A stretch of DNA of 64,000 nucleotides from Alphaproteobacteria bacterium (GTDB lineage Bacteria; Pseudomonadota; Alphaproteobacteria; GCA-2731375). The notes under the pieces are model-generated. The model saw only the letters and a program-made list of their open reading frames with translations, searched no databases and had not been told where the DNA came from. The DNA is taken from assembly GCA_965232515.1 (NCBI GenBank), contig CBDDPY010000002.1, forward strand, positions 7,268,417 through 7,332,416. The letters run 5' to 3'. Positions 50,005-59,936 of the stretch are shown in pieces; position 1 is the stretch's first letter, and the number at the start of each line of letters is the position of its first letter. Both the position numbers and the translations under genes were made by a program.

Positions 50005-50682
50005 ATGACGTCAAAAACCGACAGCCAGCGGAAGACCATGGTCGAGGCGGCCTATGCCTCGCTGAAGGCCAAGATCATCCACAACGAACTGCCGCCGGGC
50101 TATCAGGCGCTGGAGGGCGAGCTGGCGCTGCAACTCGGCATGAGTCGGACGCCGGTGCGCGAGGCCCTGATTCGGCTCGAGAACGAGGGCTTCGTCGAAG
50201 TCGTGCCGCGCCGTGGTTTCCGTGTGACCGCGCTGACCCAGCACGACATTCGCGAGATCAACGAGGTTTTGACCCACCTCGAGGCCGGGGCGGCCGAGCG
50301 GCTCGCCGCCCGCAAGCCCGGGCCGGATGAAATGGCCCGGCTCGACGCGGCGATCGGCGACATGGACGCGGCGCTTGAAACCGACGACATGGCGGCCTGG
50401 GCGGCGGCTGATTACCGCTTCCATTGCCTGCTGGTCGAGATGGCGGGCAACCGGCATTTGAGCGAGGTGGCCCGCAACTTCCTCGACAAAGCGCACCGCT
50501 TTCGATTGCTGACCACGCCGGTGCGCGAGCGGCCGGTCTATTCCAACGTCAACCACGCCGCCGTGGTCGAGGCGATCCGACGCGGCGACCCGCGGTCGGC
50601 GCTCGAAATCCACCTCGCGCACAAACGGCGCTGGAGCCGCGAGCTGGATGGCGTGCTATCGCGCCTCGAGCTGCCGGAATAG
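50005..50682 (+). CDS. GntR (FCD) transcriptional regulator
   Basis: GMSRTPVREAL HTH, DYRFH, GNRHL. Confidence 0.92.
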   Translation: MTSKTDSQRKTMVEAAYASLKAKIIHNELPPGYQALEGELALQLGMSRTPVREALIRLENEGFVEVVPRRGFRVTALTQHDIREINEVLTHLEAGAAERLAARKPGPDEMARLDAAIGDMDAALETDDMAAWAAADYRFHCLLVEMAGNRHLSEVARNFLDKAHRFRLLTTPVRERPVYSNVNHAAVVEAIRRGDPRSALEIHLAHKRRWSRELDGVLSRLELPE

Positions 50683-50707
50683 CGCTGGCCAGGGAAGGAA
50701 CGCCGAT

Positions 50708-51358
50708 ATGCCGCGCATTGTCCTGATCCACGCCGTCGAGGTGGCGATGCAGCCAGTCGCCGACGCCTTTGCCGCCGACTGGCCCGAGGCCGAGACGGTT
50801 AATCTCCTGGAAGACTCGCTGAGCGGCGACCGTGCGGCGGCGGGCGCCCTGACGCCGGCGATCGCAGCGCGCATCGTCGAGCTTGCCCGCTATGGCTGCC
50901 GGATCGGCGCCGACGGCATCCTGTTTACCTGCTCGGCCTTCGGTCCTGCCATCGAGGCGGCGGCGGCCGAGTGCGACGTGCCCGTGCTCAAGCCCAACGA
51001 AGCAATGTTCGAACTGGCCCTCGAGGCCGGCGACAACGTCGGCATGCTGGCGACCTTCGAGCCGAGCGTCGGCTCGATGGCTGACGAATTCGAAGAGCTG
51101 GCCTCGTCCCACGACCGTCCGGCAGTGCTGCATCCGCTTTGCGTACCGGCGGCCATGGCGGCCCTGAAAGCGGGTGACGCGGACACGCACAATACGCTGC
51201 TCGCCGACGCCGCGCCCTGGCTGGCGCATTGCGATGCCGTCATGCTGGCGCATTTCTCGACCGCTCGGGCGACCGCGTCGGTCGCCGCCGCCATTGATCG
51301 CCCGGTCCTGAACAGCCCAGGCAGCGCCGTGCGGAAGCTGAAATCCCTGCTGAGCTGA
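50708..51358 (+). CDS. Asp/Glu/hydantoin racemase family protein
   Basis: ADGILFTCSAFG, PVLKPNEAM, MLATF, MLAHFS, PVLNSP. Confidence 0.8.
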   Translation: MPRIVLIHAVEVAMQPVADAFAADWPEAETVNLLEDSLSGDRAAAGALTPAIAARIVELARYGCRIGADGILFTCSAFGPAIEAAAAECDVPVLKPNEAMFELALEAGDNVGMLATFEPSVGSMADEFEELASSHDRPAVLHPLCVPAAMAALKAGDADTHNTLLADAAPWLAHCDAVMLAHFSTARATASVAAAIDRPVLNSPGSAVRKLKSLLS

Positions 51359-51489
51359 AGGTTTCGCCGGCGAGAACCTCTTTCCTGACCGATGTGATCA
51401 CTTGCAGCCGGGCGTCAGGGCGGCGAGGATGTGCAGCGGCGCGGCAACGACCGGGCCGGCGTGAGCAGGGTGGGTGACGGAGAGGCGGG

Positions 51490-53568
51490 ATGAGACTTGT
51501 TGGCGTTGATGTCGGCGGCACCTTTACGGACGTGGTCTTCACCGACACGGACGAAAACCGGACACTGATCCACAAGGTGCCGACGACGCCGCACGATCCG
51601 TCGGAAGGCGTGCTGCAGGGCGTGGTCGAGCTGTGCAAGCGGCACGACATTCCGCGCGGCGACGTGGATCATGTGCTGCACGGCACGACGATCGCCACCA
51701 ACGCCGTGCTGGAGCATGACGGCGCGGCGACCGGCATGATCACCTCGGAAGGCTATCGCGACATCGTGCATATCGGCCGGCACCAGCGGCCGCAGAACTA
51801 TTCGATCCAGCAGGAGATCCCCTGGCAGGACCGCGTGCTGGTGCAGCGCCGCAACCGCATGACGGTCAAAGAACGGCGCGTGCCGCCGACCGGCGAGGTG
51901 CTGGTGCCGCTCGACGAGGCGGGCGTGCGGGAGGCGGCCCGCGCGCTGAAGGCGAAGGGCGTCGAGTCGGTCGCCGTCTGTTTCCTGTTCTCCTATATCG
52001 ATCCGGCGCACGAGCAGCGCGCGGCCGAGATCGTCCGCGAGGAATTCCCGGAGGCCTTCGTCACCACGTCGGCCAGCGTCTCGCCGCAATTCCGCGAGTT
52101 CGAGCGTTTCACCACGGCCACGATCAACGCCTATATCGGGCCGAAGGTGACGCGCTACGTGAACAAGCTGGAGCGCGACCTCACCGACGGCGGCGTCGGC
52201 GGCGACTTGCACGTCATGGGCTCGAACGGCGGCATGGCGACGGCGCAGATGGTGGCCGAGAAACCTGTGATGACGCTGTTGTCGGGCCCGGCCGCCGGCG
52301 TGCTGGGCGGCGCCTGGACCGGCGAGCTTTGCGGCCGCGACAATCTGATTACCTTCGATGTCGGCGGCACGTCGGCCGATATCGGCATCATCCGCGACGG
52401 TCAGTTTGGCGAGGCCACCGCGCGCGACACCTGGATCGCCGGCTATCCGCTGATGGTGCCGATGATCGACATCCACACCATCGGCGCCGGCGGCGGCTCG
52501 ATCGCCTATGTCGACCATGGCGGCGCCTTCAAGGTCGGCCCGCGCTCGGCCGGCGCGGTGCCCGGCCCGGCCGCCTATGGCCGCGGCGGCGAAGAACCGA
52601 CCGTGACCGACGCCAACGTCGTGCTGGGCCGGCTCGACAAGGACAACTTCCTGGGCGGCTCCATGGCGCTTGACGAGGTTGCGGCCCGGCGCGTGGTTGC
52701 CGGCCTGGCCGAGCAACTGAAGCTCGACGAGGCGGCGACGGCCGAGGGGGTGCTGACCATCCTTAACGCCAACATGGCGAACGCCATCCGCTCGCGCACC
52801 GTGCAGAAGGGCATCGACCCGCGCGACTTCAGCCTGGTCGCCTTCGGCGGCGCTGGCCCGTTGCACGGCGCCGAGGTGGCGGCCATGCTCGGTATCCCCG
52901 AAGTCATCGTGCCGCCTTATCCCGGCATCACCAGCGCCGTCGGCCTGCTGACCACAGACCTGAAGTACGACGCCATCAAGACCGAGTTCCAGGTCCAGGG
53001 CGATGTCGACTTCGACCGCCTGTCGAACGACTTCCAGGCCATGGAGGCCGAGCTGACCGAACAGCTCAAGGCCGACGGCATTGATCCGGCCTCGATCACC
53101 TATTTGCGCGCCGCCGACCTGCGTTACGTCGGCCAGGGCTACGAGCTGCGCATACCGGTGCCGCCGGGCAAGGTCGACGCCGCGGTCGGCGAGCGCATCT
53201 GGCAGGCCTTCCACGACAGGCATCAGGTCGAGTATGGCCATGCTTTCGCCGACAGTCCGATCGAGATCGTCAATGTGCGCGTCACCGGCGTCGGCGAGAT
53301 GGCCAAGATCGGCAAGCCGGCAATCGTATCCGGACTGTCGTTCAAGGCGGCGGAGGTCAAGCGCGGCGCCTGCCAGTTCCGCGTCGACGATAGCCTGCAG
53401 TCCTTCGACACCGTGTTCTACGCCCGCGACCGGCTGCCGCTGAACGAGGAGATGGCGGGGCCGGCCGTGATCCTGCAAACCGACACCACCACCGTGGTGC
53501 CGCCCGGCTGCCGCTTCACCGCACGCGCCGATGGCAACCTGTTGATCAGCATCGGAGACCGCACATGA
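51490..53568 (+). CDS. Hydantoinase/oxoprolinase family A subunit (copy 3)
   Basis: [42 protein letters not shown]. Confidence 0.93.
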   Translation: MRLVGVDVGGTFTDVVFTDTDENRTLIHKVPTTPHDPSEGVLQGVVELCKRHDIPRGDVDHVLHGTTIATNAVLEHDGAATGMITSEGYRDIVHIGRHQRPQNYSIQQEIPWQDRVLVQRRNRMTVKERRVPPTGEVLVPLDEAGVREAARALKAKGVESVAVCFLFSYIDPAHEQRAAEIVREEFPEAFVTTSASVSPQFREFERFTTATINAYIGPKVTRYVNKLERDLTDGGVGGDLHVMGSNGGMATAQMVAEKPVMTLLSGPAAGVLGGAWTGELCGRDNLITFDVGGTSADIGIIRDGQFGEATARDTWIAGYPLMVPMIDIHTIGAGGGSIAYVDHGGAFKVGPRSAGAVPGPAAYGRGGEEPTVTDANVVLGRLDKDNFLGGSMALDEVAARRVVAGLAEQLKLDEAATAEGVLTILNANMANAIRSRTVQKGIDPRDFSLVAFGGAGPLHGAEVAAMLGIPEVIVPPYPGITSAVGLLTTDLKYDAIKTEFQVQGDVDFDRLSNDFQAMEAELTEQLKADGIDPASITYLRAADLRYVGQGYELRIPVPPGKVDAAVGERIWQAFHDRHQVEYGHAFADSPIEIVNVRVTGVGEMAKIGKPAIVSGLSFKAAEVKRGACQFRVDDSLQSFDTVFYARDRLPLNEEMAGPAVILQTDTTTVVPPGCRFTARADGNLLISIGDRT

Positions 53569-55358
53569 CCGATCTCGCCGCCACCGACGGCACGCCGCAA
53601 ACGCGCGTCGATCCCGTCACCGCCAGCGTGATCCGCGGTGCGCTGGAAAACATCGCCGTCGAGATGGGCTACAAGCTGATGCGGATGTCATATTCCAGCA
53701 TCATCCGCGAGAGCGAGGATTTCGGCGCCGCCATCATTGATGCCGAGGGTAACCAGCTCTGCGAGTCGACGCAGAGCACGCCGCTGCAGTCCGGCCCCAT
53801 TCCGGGCTATGTGCGCGGCATGATGCGGATCATGGCCGAGCGCGGCGAGCCGATCGAGCCGGGCGACGTGATCATGCACAACGACCCCTATGGCGGCGCC
53901 AGCCATGGGCCCGATGTCGGCTTCATCCTGCCGGTGTTTCATGCCGACAACCTGGTCGGCTTCGCCGTGACCACGGCGCACCATCTCGATATCGGCGCCC
54001 TCAGCCCCGGCTCCTGCGGCATCGTTGACGCCATGGACGCCTATGCCGAGGGCCTTCAGTTCAAGGCCATCAAGGTCTATCAGCGCGACCGCAAGGTCGA
54101 GCCGGTCTGGCAAATGCTGCGCGACAATATCCGTACGTCGGACCTGGTCGTCGGCGACATGGAGGCGCAGGTCGCCGCCTGCCGCATCGGCGCGGCACGC
54201 TACCTCGACCTGATCGAGCGCTACGGCCTCGAGACCGTGACCGGCGCCTATGCCGATCTGCTGGACTATTCCGAGCGTCTGATGCGCCAGGCCATCGCCG
54301 ACCTGCCGGATGGCGACTATGCCGCCACCACGCATATCGACGGCTATCTCGACGAGGACGATGAGGCCAAGAAGAATCTGCCGCTCTGCGTCACGCTCAA
54401 GGTGCGCGGCGACGCGCTGACCGTCGACCTCACCGGCACGGCGAAACAGATCGACGACAAGCCGATCAACATGCCGCTCGAAGGCACGGTCGATTGTGCG
54501 ATCTGGCTGACGCTGCGCTCGATCCTGCTGGACTCCGAAGCATACGGCCACATCCCACAGAACTCCGGCCTGACCCGGCCGATCACCATTGTCGCGCCCA
54601 AGGGCAGCATGGTGAACCCGATGTTCCCGGCGCCGACCATCGCGCGCTTCTGTCCCGGCAACCAGCTCGCCGACACCGTGATGAAAGCGCTGTCGAACGT
54701 CGTGCCCGGCAAGGTCGCGGCCGGTATCGGCAACTTGCGCGTCATCGCCTTCTCCGGCCTGCATGGCGAGACACATTGGGTGCACATGGAGATTTTCGAA
54801 GGCGCTTACGGCGGTCGACAAGGGCTCGACGGCATGGACGCCATCGATACGCTCTACGCCAACACCCGCAACAACCCGATCGAGGATCTGGAATCGCACC
54901 TGCCGTTGCGGATCAACCGCTATGAACTTCGCGACGATGTCTGTCCGGCGGGGCAGTGGCGCGGCGGCCTGGGCTCGGTGCGCGAGTTCACCTATCTCGA
55001 GGAGGGCGGCGCATCGATCGAGGGCGAGGGCCACGCCTTCGCGCCTTGGGGCTTCGCCGGCGGCGCCGACGGCGCCACGGCCAGCCTGACGCTGCGCCGG
55101 GCCGACGGCGCCGAGCAGGCGATGCCGTCCAAGATGCCGCACACGGCGACGGGCGCCGGCGACACCTTCATCGTCACCGGCCCCGCCGGCGGCGGCTACG
55201 GCGATCCTTTCAAGCGCGACCCGGCTCGCGTCCGCGCCGACGTCCTCGACGGCTTCGTGACCACGGATGCCGCCCGCACCGAATACGGCGTCGCGATCAC
55301 GTCCGATGGCGAGGTGGACGCTGCAGCGACAGAGAATTTGCGGGCAGGGCGGAGCTAA
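53565..55358 (+). CDS. Hydantoinase B/oxoprolinase family subunit (copy 3)
   Basis: [37 protein letters not shown]. Confidence 0.93.
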   Translation: MTDLAATDGTPQTRVDPVTASVIRGALENIAVEMGYKLMRMSYSSIIRESEDFGAAIIDAEGNQLCESTQSTPLQSGPIPGYVRGMMRIMAERGEPIEPGDVIMHNDPYGGASHGPDVGFILPVFHADNLVGFAVTTAHHLDIGALSPGSCGIVDAMDAYAEGLQFKAIKVYQRDRKVEPVWQMLRDNIRTSDLVVGDMEAQVAACRIGAARYLDLIERYGLETVTGAYADLLDYSERLMRQAIADLPDGDYAATTHIDGYLDEDDEAKKNLPLCVTLKVRGDALTVDLTGTAKQIDDKPINMPLEGTVDCAIWLTLRSILLDSEAYGHIPQNSGLTRPITIVAPKGSMVNPMFPAPTIARFCPGNQLADTVMKALSNVVPGKVAAGIGNLRVIAFSGLHGETHWVHMEIFEGAYGGRQGLDGMDAIDTLYANTRNNPIEDLESHLPLRINRYELRDDVCPAGQWRGGLGSVREFTYLEEGGASIEGEGHAFAPWGFAGGADGATASLTLRRADGAEQAMPSKMPHTATGAGDTFIVTGPAGGGYGDPFKRDPARVRADVLDGFVTTDAARTEYGVAITSDGEVDAAATENLRAGRS

Positions 55359-55373
55359 GGCCAACCGCTTCTG

Positions 55374-55480
55374 GCCCCCACCCCAACCCTTGAACGTATA
55401 CGTTCAAGCCTGCAAGCGGGAGAGGGAGCCGTCACCACTGCGGTTTGTGACCCCTCTCCCGCGCGTGGGAGGGTGAGGGC
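55374..55480. repeat. REP/RIME-like palindromic element, degenerate copy 2
   Basis: Shares ACCCCAACCCT, GCAAGCGGGAGAGGG, CTGCGGTTT, CCCCTCTCCCGC and GCGTGGGAGGGTGAGGGC with copy 1; again between convergent genes. Confidence 0.8.
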
Positions 55481-55513
55481 TAACAGAATAACTGCCGGCT
55501 GCAACCTCCGATC

Positions 55514-56293
55514 CTAAGCGTTCTTGATCGTCAAACCACCATCCACCGGGATCACGGCGCCGTTCAGGTAGCTCATGGCCGGCAGGCAGATGTTGAACGT
55601 CATGTGCGCGATCTCTTCCGGATCGGCGTAGCGCACCAGCGGCACGCGCCGACGCACGAACTTGGTCTTGTGCTCCTCCGGGATATCCTGGGTGATGCCG
55701 GTGCGCACCGCGCCGGGGCAAACGCAATTGACCGTGATGCCCTCCTTGCCGAGATCGACGGCGAGCGCCCGCGTCAGCCCGACGACGCCGTGCTTCGCCA
55801 CGGTATAGGGCGATGCCGTCGGCGTGGCGCCCAGCGCTTCGGTCGAGGCGATGTTGACGATGCGCGCCGCGTCCGATCGGCGCAGGTGGGGCAGGGCGGC
55901 GCGCACGATCTGCACGTGCGCCGTCAGCAGGCCGTCCAGCGCCTTGTTCCAGAGCGCCTCGTAGCCGTCGCTGTCGACCGGCGCGCCGGCGGCGAAGCCG
56001 GCATTGTTGATCACGTAGTCGAGCCCGCCAAAATGCCTGGCGACCTCATCGATCACGGAGCTGATGGCCTTTGGGTCGGCGACGTCGAGCGCCCAGCCGC
56101 GCGCCGCGCCGCCGGCGTCATTGATCTCCTGGGTCACCCGGTCCACCCCCGCCGCGTCGATATCGGTGACGGCCACCCGCGCGCCCTCGTCGGCGAACAG
56201 ATGCGCGGTCGCACGCCCCATGCCGCTGGCGGCGCCGGTGACCAGGACGACGCGGCCGTCGACGGACCGGTTGAGTTTCGTGAGACGCGGCAT
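55514..56293 (-). CDS. Short-chain dehydrogenase/reductase
   Basis: TGAASGMG, NNAG, NIAS, YTVAK, VDGG. Confidence 0.93.
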   Translation of the reverse strand: MPRLTKLNRSVDGRVVLVTGAASGMGRATAHLFADEGARVAVTDIDAAGVDRVTQEINDAGGAARGWALDVADPKAISSVIDEVARHFGGLDYVINNAGFAAGAPVDSDGYEALWNKALDGLLTAHVQIVRAALPHLRRSDAARIVNIASTEALGATPTASPYTVAKHGVVGLTRALAVDLGKEGITVNCVCPGAVRTGITQDIPEEHKTKFVRRRVPLVRYADPEEIAHMTFNICLPAMSYLNGAVIPVDGGLTIKNA

Positions 56294-56426
56294 GTCGGCT
56301 TCCTCCCAAAGAACAGCATCCGCCGTAATCTAGCGCGGCTGGCGGCCAAGGGCACGCCGATGCCGTCACGCGGGTGCTATCATCGGCACGGCAATCTGTG
56401 GGACAGTTGTCCAGAACGAGCTGACG

Positions 56427-57266
56427 ATGGGCAGATCGGACAAAACCGCGAAAACACCCGGGTCCGCACAGGCGTTTCGGACCGTGCTCCGGCACTGGCG
56501 CCGGGTCCGCGGCCTGAGCCAGTTCACCCTGGCCGAGGACACCGGCATTTCCACCCGCCACCTGTCGTTCCTGGAAACCGGCCGCTCGCAGCCGAGCCGC
56601 GACATGGTTCAGCGGCTGGCCGAAAGCCTCGACCTGCCGCCCGCGGATCGCAACGTGTTGCTGCTCTCGGCCGGTTACGCGCCGACCTACGCGGCGGACG
56701 CCCCTGACACCGAGGCGTTCGAACCGCTCGAACGCATGCTCGAGCTTATCCTCGCCCAGCAGACATCCGTGCCGGCGCTCGTCATCGACGAGGGCTGGAA
56801 CATTCGGATGCGCAACGCGGCCGCCGTCCGCGTCTTCGGCGCGTTCCGGGAATCATATCGCCTGCCGGACGACGTCGCCGACAACGCGCTGCACGTTCTG
56901 TGTCATCCGGACGGGCTGCGTCAGTTCATGCCGAACTGGCGCGATTACGTCGAACCGTTCGTCCGTGAAGTCGATCGTGAAGCGACCATGGCGATCCACT
57001 CTGAGGCGCAAGACTTGCGGGACGCGGTGCGTGCCTATCCCGGTTTGCCCGAAGCCGATGGCGTCTCGACGGCGCGCGCCGGCCCGATGCCGTCGCCATT
57101 GATGATGGAGCTTGAAGGAAAGGACACGTCGCTGTCCTTCTACACGGCATTCACGACCTTCGCCCTGCCGTCGGCGCTGAAGCCGCGGTCCGTCAAGATC
57201 GAATGGCTTTATCCAGCGGACCGCGCGACGGCAAAAGCCGTATATGACATTGCGGCGTCGCCATGA
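56427..57266 (+). CDS. XRE-family regulator with MmyB-like ligand-binding domain
   Basis: LRHWRRVRGLSQ..LA...ISTRHLSFLETGRSQPS, RN.LLLSAGYAP, PALVID, IEWLYPAD. Confidence 0.88.
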   Translation: MGRSDKTAKTPGSAQAFRTVLRHWRRVRGLSQFTLAEDTGISTRHLSFLETGRSQPSRDMVQRLAESLDLPPADRNVLLLSAGYAPTYAADAPDTEAFEPLERMLELILAQQTSVPALVIDEGWNIRMRNAAAVRVFGAFRESYRLPDDVADNALHVLCHPDGLRQFMPNWRDYVEPFVREVDREATMAIHSEAQDLRDAVRAYPGLPEADGVSTARAGPMPSPLMMELEGKDTSLSFYTAFTTFALPSALKPRSVKIEWLYPADRATAKAVYDIAASP

Positions 57267-57511
57267 AGGGCATGCGTCGATCGGAGCGTCTGTGCTACCG
57301 CTGTGTGCATCCCTATGCCTTGGACTACATCCGGTCCCGGGCCGGCCCGCCTGCTTACATCAAGGGCGCTGTCGCCGGCCATCGCACTTACTGTACGCGG
57401 TGCGGCGACGCGATCCCGGGCGGCCGCGGCTTCGTGAAGATCCTTGGCGAGGCGCCGGCCGACCTGTCGCCGTCATTGAACGGGTCGGCGGACGCGCGCG
57501 CAGGATGCTGA
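57263..57511 (+). CDS. Small hypothetical protein with two CxxC motifs
   Basis: CYRC and CTRC; ATGA overlap with the upstream regulator. Confidence 0.5.
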   Translation: MKGMRRSERLCYRCVHPYALDYIRSRAGPPAYIKGAVAGHRTYCTRCGDAIPGGRGFVKILGEAPADLSPSLNGSADARAGC

Positions 57512-57598
57512 TTGGGACAAAGCCTTTACCCCGCACGTAATTGCGCGCATTCGCCGGACCGCACAGACTTTCCTCGAATGCCGCAGGCGAGGAAGGCG

Positions 57599-58045
57599 AT
57601 GTCCGATGAACCCCTGAGCACGCTGAGGGCGCTCAACGCGCGCTTCATCCGCAACTTCGTCACAAGCGACGTCGCCGCGCACGACGCCATCATTCATCGC
57701 GACTTCATCTGCCTGATGCCCAACGGCGCGCGCCTCGAACGCGACGTCTATCTCAAGTTCTGGGCGACGGCGTTCGATCCGCAAGAATTCGCCTACTGGG
57801 ACTATCGGGATGAATCGATCGCCGTCTTCGGCAACGTCGCCCTGGTGCGCTCGGCCACCAAATATGTCCGCCGAGCGAACGGCGCCGAGCAATCCGGCAT
57901 GACCGTCTACACGGACATCTATCTGGAAGAGCGGGGCGAATGGAAGTGCATTCAGGCGCAGCTGACGCCCGTGGCCCCGGAACACTATCCGGGCGACAAC
58001 ACCATCGTGCAGGCCTGGGTGCATGGCGAGCTCAAGGCCGCCTAG
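57599..58045 (+). CDS. NTF2-like/DUF4440 (SnoaL-like) protein
   Basis: FGNVALV, YTDIY...GEWKCIQAQ; RBS GAGGAAGG. Confidence 0.8.
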   Translation: MSDEPLSTLRALNARFIRNFVTSDVAAHDAIIHRDFICLMPNGARLERDVYLKFWATAFDPQEFAYWDYRDESIAVFGNVALVRSATKYVRRANGAEQSGMTVYTDIYLEERGEWKCIQAQLTPVAPEHYPGDNTIVQAWVHGELKAA

Positions 58046-58070
58046 ACCGCCGGGCAAGCGCGGCAGCGTG

Positions 58071-58405
58071 ATGTCGACCCTGCTGCACGCCGCGACGGGG
58101 ATTCTCGGGCTCGTTTTGGTCCTCATGCCGCTCGCGCTCTGGGTCGCGTGGTCGAACAAGTCCTGCTGCTGGTCCTGGCGGGCGGCATTGCCGCGACAAT
58201 CGTCCTGACGCTGATCTACCGTTTGTCCGGTGACGAACGCGGTGACGTCGAGGGAGTGTCCCGCAGCCGACCCGCGACGCTGAGCGACGAATTCGTTGCG
58301 GAAGTGTCCAGCATGGCGCCCTGGACCTATCACAACCGGCTGACCGGCGATTCAAGGTTCCGGGCGAAGATGCGGCGTCTGCGAAAGCTACTGGGTTGGA
58401 GTTAG
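58071..58405 (+). pseudogene. Small membrane protein, possibly frameshifted near 58150
   Basis: Hydrophobic helix in the 58071 frame, then a second hydrophobic helix in the -1 frame (58148-58405). Confidence 0.35.
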
Positions 58406-58417
58406 TCGGTGCGGGGG

Positions 58418-59173
58418 CTATCTCGACCCGCCGTCGATCTTTAGAACGGCGCCCGTCGTGTAGCTGGCCTGATCCGAGGCGAGGTAAAGCGCCGCGCCGA
58501 CGATCTCGTCCGCTTCGCCGCCGCGAGCGAGCGCGATGCTGTCGCGCGCGCGAGCGGTAAAGGCGTTCATGTCCCAGGCCTTGGAGATATCGGTCAGAAA
58601 CGGGCCCGGCATGATGCAGTTGACCCGCACTTTGGGGCCGTAGGCGTCAGCGAGCGCTTCGGTCAGCGCGTTGACACCGGCCTTGGCGGCCGAATAGGGC
58701 GCGATGTCCTTGCGCGGCCGGATGGCGGCCACGCTCGACACGTTGATGATCGCCCCACCGTCGCCCGCGGCCATGCGCTCGCCGATCACGGCGGCGAGGC
58801 GGAAGGTGCCCTTCAGGTTGACGTCGATCACCTTGTCCCAGAGCGCTTCCGTGACGTTCGCCAGGGAATCGTAGATCGGCGACATGCCGGCATTGTTGAC
58901 CAGCACGTCGACCCTGCCGAACGCCTCGTAAACAGTGGCGATGAGCGCGTCGCACTGATCCCAGTCACCGACATGACAGGCGACCGGCAACCCCCGCCGC
59001 CCCAGCGCCTCGATCTCCTTGGCCGTCGCCTCGCAGGACTCGAGCTTGCGGCTGGCGATCGCCACATCCGCGCCAGCCTCGGCAAAGCCCAACGCCATCG
59101 CCCGGCCCAGTCCGCGGCTGCCGCCGGTGATCAGAACCTTCTTGCCGCTCATGTCGATGACGTTCATGGGCAT
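58418..59173 (-). CDS. Short-chain dehydrogenase/reductase
   Basis: TGGSRGLG, NNAG, NVSS, YSAAK; RBS GGGAGGA. Confidence 0.93.
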   Translation of the reverse strand: MPMNVIDMSGKKVLITGGSRGLGRAMALGFAEAGADVAIASRKLESCEATAKEIEALGRRGLPVACHVGDWDQCDALIATVYEAFGRVDVLVNNAGMSPIYDSLANVTEALWDKVIDVNLKGTFRLAAVIGERMAAGDGGAIINVSSVAAIRPRKDIAPYSAAKAGVNALTEALADAYGPKVRVNCIMPGPFLTDISKAWDMNAFTARARDSIALARGGEADEIVGAALYLASDQASYTTGAVLKIDGGSR

Positions 59174-59234
59174 CGCTCGTTCCTCCCGAAATGCGTTGGA
59201 CTTGGTTGCCGGTTCGTCGACGGGCAGCGCCGCG

Positions 59235-59906
59235 TCAGGCTTCGGCCCACATCCGCAGCAGGTTCTCGTAGGTCTTGTAGGCGAGGTCCGTCGCCTCGCT
59301 GTCGACATCGGTGTCTGTCAGATGCTGATAGACGTTGTCGATGTCGGCCAGGATCTCGCGCTGTGCCGGATCGCGCACGTAGCTCTGCACCCAGGTGATG
59401 GCGGCGAGGCGCTCGCCGCGCGTCACCGGCGTCACGCGGTGCAGCGTCGAGGCGGGATAGCAGACGGCCGAGCCGTCGGGCAGCTTGACTTCCTGCTCGC
59501 CGAATGGGCTGTCGATCAGCAGCTCGCCGCCGTCATAGTCGGCCGGGCTGTTGAGGAAAATGGTAACGGCCACATCGGTGCGCAGGCCCTGCGGCTTGTT
59601 CATCAGAGCATTGTCGATGTGGAAGCCGTACTCCATGCCGGTCGTATAGCGGCTGATCAGGGGGTCGAGGATGCGCTTGGGCTGCACCTGGCGCCGGAAC
59701 AGCTTGTTAGCCATCAACACGTTGCCCAGGAACTGGCCGATCTCCCGCTCGGCGTCGGTTTCCTTCTTCATCTGCTCATTGTGCTTCACCCGCTGCGCGC
59801 GGCGGCCGGCGGTATATTTGCCGTCGGCGAAACTGCCCTGGTCGACGACGCGCCGGACCTCTTTCACCTGCTCCGGCGTCAGCAGATCGAGGATCACCGT
59901 CAGCAT
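59235..59906 (-). CDS. PKHD-type Fe(II)/2OG hydroxylase (YbiX/PiuC-like)
   Basis: DG..TAG..A.RVKHN.Q, YGFHIDN, YDGGEL, YPASTLHRV.PVTRGER, WVQS.VRD, NLLRMWAE. Confidence 0.9.
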   Translation of the reverse strand: MLTVILDLLTPEQVKEVRRVVDQGSFADGKYTAGRRAQRVKHNEQMKKETDAEREIGQFLGNVLMANKLFRRQVQPKRILDPLISRYTTGMEYGFHIDNALMNKPQGLRTDVAVTIFLNSPADYDGGELLIDSPFGEQEVKLPDGSAVCYPASTLHRVTPVTRGERLAAITWVQSYVRDPAQREILADIDNVYQHLTDTDVDSEATDLAYKTYENLLRMWAEA

Positions 59907-59936
59907 GTCGTCGCCTCCGTGCGGGCCCGTACCGTC

